This document shows positions 57,927 through 64,000 of a stretch of 64,000 nt of DNA, in pieces. A model generated the notes under the pieces. The model was not told the origin of the DNA and made no database searches. It saw only the letters and a list, made by a program, of their open reading frames with translations. The DNA is from Gemmatimonadales bacterium (GTDB lineage: Bacteria > Gemmatimonadota > Gemmatimonadetes > Gemmatimonadales > GWC2-71-9): NCBI GenBank assembly GCA_041613315.1, contig JBFJHJ010000007.1, positions 25,759-89,758 of the forward strand, given 5' to 3'. Position 1 is the stretch's first letter. Each line of letters begins with the position of its first letter. The position numbers and the translations under genes are program-made.

Positions 57927-58658
57927 TCAGCTGCTGAAGACGGCCAGCTCGCGCAGGCCGCTCAGGCGCGCGCTGAGGCTGGCGCTGAAGATGACGAACA
58001 GCAGGAGGGCGATCGTAAACGCCGTCGCCGCCGCGATGAGGAGGCGACGGATCCACGGGTCCCGCCCGATGGGGATCGCCTCGGCGCTCGGCGGCCGGCC
58101 GGCCGGGGAGAGCGCGCGGTTCGCGCCACGGATGCGGGTGATCTTGTCCGTGACCGCCGCCAGCACGCCTCGCAGCTCTCCCCGGCCGGCCACGCTGTAG
58201 CGGCCTTGGAACCCGAGCAGGAGACAGAGGTGATAGACCTCCAGCACGTCCGCCAGGTCTTCGGAGTCGGGCCGGCGCAACAGCTCGCCGAGGTTGGCGA
58301 AGAAGATCTCACCGCCCGTGTGCCCACCGAAGACTTCCTCCTGCAGCGGCTTTCGCGGCCAATCGGCGAACATCGGATGCCGCGAGTTGAGGACCGATTC
58401 GTCGATGAAGACGACGACCGGGTAGATGGCGAGCTTGATGTCCTCGCTGCGGTAGCCCTCGCGCTGTGCCTCCTCGTGCGCCGCGCTGAGCAGTTGCTTG
58501 AGGTGGTTGCGGAAGGCGGTGACATCCGCGGCCGTCTGCCGGTTCGCGCGGAGCCGCACCGTCGCGGTGAGCGCCTCTTGCAGCGCGAGCGCCAGCGCCC
58601 CTCGGCGGTGCGCGGTCTCCCGCTGGCGCGGCGCGGCGGTGAGGCCGGGTATCGTCAT
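57927..58658 (-). CDS. tssL: T6SS TssL/DotU
   Basis: FIDE, W..KPLQ, GGEIFF, EVYHLCLLLGFQGRY, C-terminal TM, no OmpA domain. Confidence 0.93.
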   Translation of the reverse strand: MTIPGLTAAPRQRETAHRRGALALALQEALTATVRLRANRQTAADVTAFRNHLKQLLSAAHEEAQREGYRSEDIKLAIYPVVVFIDESVLNSRHPMFADWPRKPLQEEVFGGHTGGEIFFANLGELLRRPDSEDLADVLEVYHLCLLLGFQGRYSVAGRGELRGVLAAVTDKITRIRGANRALSPAGRPPSAEAIPIGRDPWIRRLLIAAATAFTIALLLFVIFSASLSARLSGLRELAVFSS

Positions 58659-58756
58659 GATGGGTCCTTGCGTTCTCTCACTGTGGGGTCAGGGCCGCCG
58701 CGGTCGGGGCGGCGACGCCCGTGCCCCGGTTGGGCCGTCCGGCGGGCCGCGGTTCC

Positions 58757-60118
58757 CTACCGGGCCGCCGTCTCCAGCACGATCAGCAGTTGCAGCTCCG
58801 CCTCCGGCAGGGCACTCGGGACGTACGCGGCGACGGTCCCGCCCTTATTGATCGCCTTCCAGCACGGCCCGGCCTGTCCCACCTCGAAGTACGCCGTGCC
58901 GGGTTGCGGTGACACGGCCGCCGGTGGCGTCGCGAGGTGCTGGAGCGTGAGTCCGGGCCGCGCCTCTTTGACCAGTCGCGCCACGTACTCGCTGGAACAC
59001 AGCTTGACCAGCCGGGGGACGGCGGTGACGAGTTCCTCCGGCGGGACACTCGCGCGCACCGCCATGATCCACCGGGCGGCGCCGAAGCACCGCCGGTCCT
59101 CCACCTTGCCGGCGTGAAAATACGCCCGCACCGGGCTCAGCGGAATCGAGAGGCAATTGGTGGGCGCCAGCAGCTCGAGGTGTGCGCGGATGTGCGCGTC
59201 GAGAGCGCCGAAGCACACCTCGAGGTGGTCGTGGTCGTATGCCGGCAGGTCTCGCGGGTGCGAGTCGGTCGAGAAGGTGCACAGGGCGCCGGCCAACCGG
59301 GCGAGCTCCGTGTAGAGGTCTTCCGGCCGGGAGTGTCTGACGGCGAAGTGATGCCGCAGCGGCGCGAGGCTGGCCTGGATCGCGTGCGACATCCAGAAGC
59401 TCGCGACTTCCCCGGCGGCGTACTCCTCGAACGAGCGGTGATCCGCGCGCCGCTTCCCGGCGATCGTCTCGCTCTTCACGGTCAAGATGTCGATCAGGCG
59501 TCGGAGCATCTGCATGAGCCGCTCGCTCGCGCCGATCTGGAGCGACGGCGGCACGTAGTCCGGGTCGTAGATGAAATGCCCGGTGCCGTCGCGGCGCACC
59601 CGGGCCAGCGGCAGCGACACGAGGCCCTCGCGGAGCTCCGAGTCGACCAGGAGTTGGAAGTTCTTGCGTCCCACCTCCACCACTTTTTCATCGCGCCCGG
59701 TCACCTCGTCGAATACCTGCCGCGACTCGGCGATGTAGCGAACCTCGTGACTGTTTCCCCCAGGCTCGAGACCACAGTTCGACGCCCCGGGCCGATACGG
59801 CGGAATCGCCAGAAAGACCAGATGGCTGTCGTCGGTGGGCGAGAAGAGCTCCTGGATGTCGCGTGGCTCAGGAGGCGGGTCCGCGTCAGGGAAGTGGAAC
59901 GCCATCCCATCGGGCATGACGCCGCGAGCATGCACCACGGAGACGGTGCCGCTGCGCAGCGCCTCCGCGTCGAGCTCGGAGCCCGCCAACCCGTACGGCT
60001 TGTACAGCAGGTGCTGGAGCGCGTACGCGATCGCGTCTTCGAAGTACCCGCTCTGGAGCTGGAAGTGGTGCTGCGCGAGATGCATTCCCTCGCGCCAGAC
60101 CACTCGGGACAAACGCAT
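58757..60118 (-). CDS. tssK: T6SS baseplate TssK (paralog 1)
   Basis: VVWREGMHLAQHHFQ, GVMPDG, YVPP, LAGALCTF, YDHDHL, PPAAV. Confidence 0.93.
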   Translation of the reverse strand: MRLSRVVWREGMHLAQHHFQLQSGYFEDAIAYALQHLLYKPYGLAGSELDAEALRSGTVSVVHARGVMPDGMAFHFPDADPPPEPRDIQELFSPTDDSHLVFLAIPPYRPGASNCGLEPGGNSHEVRYIAESRQVFDEVTGRDEKVVEVGRKNFQLLVDSELREGLVSLPLARVRRDGTGHFIYDPDYVPPSLQIGASERLMQMLRRLIDILTVKSETIAGKRRADHRSFEEYAAGEVASFWMSHAIQASLAPLRHHFAVRHSRPEDLYTELARLAGALCTFSTDSHPRDLPAYDHDHLEVCFGALDAHIRAHLELLAPTNCLSIPLSPVRAYFHAGKVEDRRCFGAARWIMAVRASVPPEELVTAVPRLVKLCSSEYVARLVKEARPGLTLQHLATPPAAVSPQPGTAYFEVGQAGPCWKAINKGGTVAAYVPSALPEAELQLLIVLETAAR

Positions 60119-60385
60119 GCGCCGTTCCTTCCGGCTGCCCGATGTCGGTCCACACGAAAGCCGCGACCAGCGAGGCTCTCGCCACGCGCGGCGCGATGAC
60201 GCAATAATACCGGCTCGCGGATGGTTCGGGAAGAAGCCGCGCGCTTGCGTCCACGCGGCGATTTGCCCCTCGCCGATGCGGCCCGTATTATCAACGAGGC
60301 GACGCGTCGCCGCCCTCGCGCAGCCCGTCCCCGCAGCGTGGGACGCAGCGCGGGGCGCCTCCGCCTCCGAACAAGGCGTCGGCCG

Positions 60386-61960
60386 ATGACGGGTGAGGAG
60401 TTCCATTCGAAGTACCGGCTGATCACTCCCGTGACCCAACACGGCGTCAAGAGCTACCGCGCTCTCGACGCAGAGTCCCGCGCGGTCATGGTGCACTTTC
60501 TCGAAGTGAGCCCGGCGGACGCGCGGCGAGTGCTCGCCCTCGTCGACGCGCTCGATGACGCGCACCGGCTGAAGATCCGCGAGCGGGTCGAAGTCGACGC
60601 CACGACCGTGCTGGTGACCGACCCGCTCGACGCCTTCGAGGATCTCCCGCAATGGCTCGACGCGCGCACCGCCGGCCGGCCACCCGAACCGTCAGAGCCT
60701 CCCGCCACGGCCGGGGAGTTCACCGGCCTGTTCGGACCGGCGGGTGTGTCTCCCCCAGCGGCGAGTGGGCCGCCGCCGCAGCGGTCCACCGCGCCACCGG
60801 CGCCGCCGCCCGCGCCGGACGCGGCGACCGCCGGTGCCGGCGAGTTCACTCGGCTCTTCGGCCCCACGGGTCCCGCGGATGCCGGCGCTCCGCCGACCGC
60901 GCCGCCGAGCACCGAACCACCGAAGCGGGCGCCACCCACCCCCCCGCACGCCAAGGCGAGCCCCGGGGAATTCACCCAGCTCTTCGGTCCGTCCGGCGGT
61001 GCGCCGCCCCCCCCGACCGAACCCGCGAGCCCGCCAGTGCCCCGAGGACCGAGTGCCCAGCCGCCCAAGCAGGGGCCGCGCCCCGCCTCGCCGGACGCAC
61101 AGGCGAAGCCCGGAGAATTCACGCAACTGTTCGGTCCGCCCGGCGGCGGCGCTTCGCCCCCCGCGCCGACCGAACCCCCGAGCCCGCCGGCCCGCGGCCC
61201 GCACGCTGGCGGTCCGCCGCCCAGCAAGAAGCCGAAGATCACTTGGCGGGAGGGTTCGAGCGGCCGGGCCGCCGGTCCTGATGAGAACCCCGTCGTGCGT
61301 TGGAAGACGCCGTCTCGGGACGCACCGGAACCGCCCGCCACCCGACCGCCACCGGCTCCGCCACCTCCACCCAAAGCGGCACCCGGGGAGTTCACCCAAC
61401 TCTTCGGCGAGCCCGCCACACCTCCGGACAGCCCGCCGCCTTCCCCGCGTGCCCGCCCGGGCGAACCGTCTTCGGGGCCGGGCGAATTCACGCGGTTGTT
61501 CGGCACGGGCGGCGGCGCTCCCGCCGCGCCCGGGGGCCCACCACCCGCCGAACGCTCGAACCAGCCGCTGGGCCGGTCATCGTCTGAGTACCTGGAGGCG
61601 CTCAATGCCCCCGCGGGGCCGCTCGGCGACGCGTCAACCGGCCGCGAACCGCTCGGGCCGGGGAAGCCGCCACAGCTGCAACCTCCCTCGTCCGTTCCGC
61701 CACTCGCGGGCGCCGCGCCGCCGGGGCAGAGCGAATACACGCGGATCATGGCGGGGGGAGCGGCGGCCGCGCCGCCCAACGTGCCGGCCCCGCCGCCGCC
61801 GGGGCGCGCGCCAGGTGGCGCAGCGCCGGGAGCGGCACCGCCCGTTCCGGCGCCCGGCGCTCAACCGCCGGAGCGGCGCAGCCTCGTCCCCCTCGTCGTG
61901 GGACTCGGCACGATCGTCGTGCTGCTGCTCGCACTGGCGGTGTACTTCGTGGTGACCTAG
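60386..61960 (+). CDS. Tail-anchored Pro-rich protein with kinase-N-lobe-like start and GEFTxLFG repeats
   Basis: KYRLI...YRALD...VMVH start; six GEFTxLFG copies; C-terminal TM; 524 aa from ATG 60386. Confidence 0.85.
   Translation: MTGEEFHSKYRLITPVTQHGVKSYRALDAESRAVMVHFLEVSPADARRVLALVDALDDAHRLKIRERVEVDATTVLVTDPLDAFEDLPQWLDARTAGRPPEPSEPPATAGEFTGLFGPAGVSPPAASGPPPQRSTAPPAPPPAPDAATAGAGEFTRLFGPTGPADAGAPPTAPPSTEPPKRAPPTPPHAKASPGEFTQLFGPSGGAPPPPTEPASPPVPRGPSAQPPKQGPRPASPDAQAKPGEFTQLFGPPGGGASPPAPTEPPSPPARGPHAGGPPPSKKPKITWREGSSGRAAGPDENPVVRWKTPSRDAPEPPATRPPPAPPPPPKAAPGEFTQLFGEPATPPDSPPPSPRARPGEPSSGPGEFTRLFGTGGGAPAAPGGPPPAERSNQPLGRSSSEYLEALNAPAGPLGDASTGREPLGPGKPPQLQPPSSVPPLAGAAPPGQSEYTRIMAGGAAAAPPNVPAPPPPGRAPGGAAPGAAPPVPAPGAQPPERRSLVPLVVGLGTIVVLLLALAVYFVVT
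60713..61504 (+). repeat. Six coding repeats encoding GEFTxLFG
   Basis: Copies at 60713, 60839, 60965, 61112, 61385, 61481, with synonymous variation; degenerate SEYTRIM at 61730. Confidence 0.9.
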
Positions 61961-61997
61961 CGGCGCGCCGGGCGCGGGCCCAACCGCCGCAGGGGGG

Positions 61998-63356
61998 TCA
62001 ACGCTCGCCGGAGGGGAGCACCAGCACGAGCTCGAGTTGCGGGTTGGGGAAATCGGATGGGACGTAGGCCGCGAGGTTGCGTGCCAGGCTGACGGCCTCC
62101 CACGCGGGTACCGATTTGTCGAGCCGGAAATACCGATAGTCCAGCCGGACCGGGATCGCGCCGGGCGGGCTCGGGGTGTAGGTCAGCGGCAGCCCCGGCA
62201 GGGCCTGCTTGATGAGCCGGTCGATCTCGTCCGAAGCGCTCACCTTGATGAGCTGCGGCGCCTTCTTCACCAGCTCGTCCGGCTTCACGTCGGCCTTCAG
62301 CGCGAGATAGACCTGCGGCGCCGCGAGGTACTGCTCCTGGTCGAGCGCGGCCGCGTACACCGCGGGCTCCACCATCCGCATCGGCAGCGACACGTAATTG
62401 GCCGGGACGACGGTCTCGAGCAACTCCCGCAGCTTCGTGTCGAGGTCGCGGAAGCAGCGGCTCAGGTCGGTGTGATCGTACGTCGGCAGGTCGCGCGGGT
62501 GGGTGGTCGTCGAGAACGCCGTCAGCGCGCCGGCGAGCGAGAGCAGGGCTTCGAACAGATGGGCCGGATGGCCGCGCCGCGACTCGAACAGGTGCCGCAG
62601 GAGCGGGAGAGCCCCGTTCACGGTGTAGAGCAGCCAGAAGTTGGCCACGTCGGAGATCCCGAAGTCCGCGAGACTCTGTGACTTCTGCCGGCGGGCCGAC
62701 GAGAGCTGGCTGCTCTTCGCCGACAGGATGCCCACCAGCCGCCGGGCGATCGCGAGCAGGAAGTCGCTCGCGCTGATGTCGACGAGCGGCGGCACGAAGT
62801 CGGCATCCAGGTGGTATTCGCCCGTCTCCGACCGGGTCACCCGCGCGAACGGGAGCGTCGAGAAGCCCTCCAGCGACTCTCCCTCCAACAGGAGGCGGAG
62901 GTTCTTTCGGGCCACCTGGATGGGCTTTTCCGAGAGCCCGGTGTTCTCGTCCCGCCGCATCAGCACTTCCGCGAGGTACCGGGTACTCCGGTCGCTCTGG
63001 CTCCCGGAGACGTTGACGCCGCCCGCACGGTACTCGGGGACCGCGAGGTAGGCGATCAGCGCCTCCTGATCCTGTTCCCACGCCGACTCGAGCGGCTTGG
63101 GGGGCGGCGCGGCATCGGCGACCGGGATATCGAACAGCAGGCCGTCGGGGAAGATCCCCGCCGCCGATCCGAGGGCGACGGCGCCGCCGGCGAGGGCCTC
63201 GTGATCGACGGTGAGGCGATGGAAGCCCCATGGGCAGAAGGTCAGCGCGGAGAGCTGAAACTCGAGCAGGTCCTCGAGGAAGCGATCCTGCGTCTGCATG
63301 TGCTGCGGCGTGAGCAGCACGCCTTTGGTCCACAGGACCGGCTGCATTTGCCTCAT
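61998..63356 (-). CDS. tssK: T6SS baseplate TssK (paralog 2)
   Basis: VLWTKGVLLTPQHMQTQDR, GIFPDG, FVPP, YDHTDL, ALPGLPL, PPGAIP, YF.LD. Confidence 0.93.
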   Translation of the reverse strand: MRQMQPVLWTKGVLLTPQHMQTQDRFLEDLLEFQLSALTFCPWGFHRLTVDHEALAGGAVALGSAAGIFPDGLLFDIPVADAAPPPKPLESAWEQDQEALIAYLAVPEYRAGGVNVSGSQSDRSTRYLAEVLMRRDENTGLSEKPIQVARKNLRLLLEGESLEGFSTLPFARVTRSETGEYHLDADFVPPLVDISASDFLLAIARRLVGILSAKSSQLSSARRQKSQSLADFGISDVANFWLLYTVNGALPLLRHLFESRRGHPAHLFEALLSLAGALTAFSTTTHPRDLPTYDHTDLSRCFRDLDTKLRELLETVVPANYVSLPMRMVEPAVYAAALDQEQYLAAPQVYLALKADVKPDELVKKAPQLIKVSASDEIDRLIKQALPGLPLTYTPSPPGAIPVRLDYRYFRLDKSVPAWEAVSLARNLAAYVPSDFPNPQLELVLVLPSGER

Positions 63357-63505
63357 GAGGCGCTAAGCTACCGCGGCGGGCTCATAAGTCCAGGGCCCTC
63401 TCGGCGCATCGCACCGCCCCGGCCGACCTTGCGCGGCGGCACGCCGAAGGCGACGTTTGCCGGCCCGAGGCGACACGCCTCACGTCCTGCGCTGGAGCGG
63501 TGGCG

Positions 63506-64000
63506 ATGCCGGTCGGACCACGCCCGCGGAAACATGAGATCGCCGTCCACGTCGGAACGCAGTCACACGGGTCGGCCCCGCCGCCCGAGGCCCCGTTCTC
63601 GGTTGTCTTGCTGGGCGACTTTAGTGGTCGGGCGAACCGCGGTGTGCTCGAGGTCGGCGCCGACCTCGGGCAGCGGCGGATCGTTCAGGTCGATCGCGAC
63701 ACGCTCGACGACGTGCTCGCGAAGCTTGCCCCCGAGCTCCGCCTGACGCTCCCAGACCAATCCGGCGCGCCGATGGCGCTCCGGTTCCGCGCGCTGGACG
63801 ACTTTCATCCGGATCGCCTGTACGACACCGTGCCCCTGTTCCAGGCCCTGCGCCGCGCGCGGGCGCGCGTGGCCGACGCCGACGCCTTTGCCGAGGCCAC
63901 GCGGAGCCTCCGGCGGGCGGCGCGACCGGACGATGCGGGGACGGCGGTGTCGGCGGAGACCGCTCGGGAGGTGTTGGGGGCGCCGGGGGCGCTGCTGGAC
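63506..64000 (+). CDS. T6SS sheath protein with TssB-like domain, truncated by the window edge (possible TssB-TssC fusion)
   Basis: Absent from the ORF track (no stop); GGAG RBS; PFSVVLLGDFSG, VDRDTLDDVL, FRALDDFHPDRL..VPLF. Confidence 0.8.
   Translation, partial: MPVGPRPRKHEIAVHVGTQSHGSAPPPEAPFSVVLLGDFSGRANRGVLEVGADLGQRRIVQVDRDTLDDVLAKLAPELRLTLPDQSGAPMALRFRALDDFHPDRLYDTVPLFQALRRARARVADADAFAEATRSLRRAARPDDAGTAVSAETAREVLGAPGALLD

Noticed and set aside
60119..60652. N-terminal ORF-track extensions (tssK1 here; likewise smc, hppA, prs, SSS symporter)
   Set aside because: Family homology starts at downstream start codons, and the extensions overlap neighbouring genes
60713..61504. Spaced DNA repeats as a CRISPR array
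   Set aside because: Copies differ at synonymous positions, spacing is long, irregular and in-frame, and no cas genes are present
60454..61779. Gly-rich 441-aa minus-strand ORF with repeated VNSPG
   Set aside because: Mirror of the Pro-rich plus-strand gene

Overview
High-GC window from a diderm bacterium; gene content and order suggest Gemmatimonadota (inference only). 1-25 kb is mostly a tightly coupled minus-strand housekeeping block: prs-rplY-pth-hppA-ychF, rpsF-rpsR-DUF2232-rplI-DAK2/DegV fusion-rsfS, an Omp85-family protein, two SPOR proteins, smc, an S8 protease, an MBL hydrolase, aroF and lolA. 25-36.8 kb holds accessory genes, including an unexplained polytopic membrane protein + vWA lipoprotein pair. 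36.8-43.3 kb is a heavy-metal island: a broad-spectrum mer operon (merR-merT-merP-merA-merB plus an extra Cys-containing membrane gene) lies tail-to-tail with a second MerR-regulated operon (HMA protein, beta-barrel, NHL propeller), and both MerR-type 20-bp-spacer promoters are readable. glnA and several peptidases follow, then a decayed pseudogene patch (mscS, dedA/PAP2, mgtA; 51.1-53.8 kb). The window ends in an atypical type VI secretion locus: a PrcB-like lipoprotein, tssM, tssL, two tssK paralogs flanking an oppositely oriented tail-anchored Pro-rich protein with repeated GEFTxLFG motifs, and an extended TssB-like sheath gene cut by the window edge. No rRNA, tRNA, CRISPR array or transposase was recognised. 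All calls come from reading motifs by eye; no searches were run.
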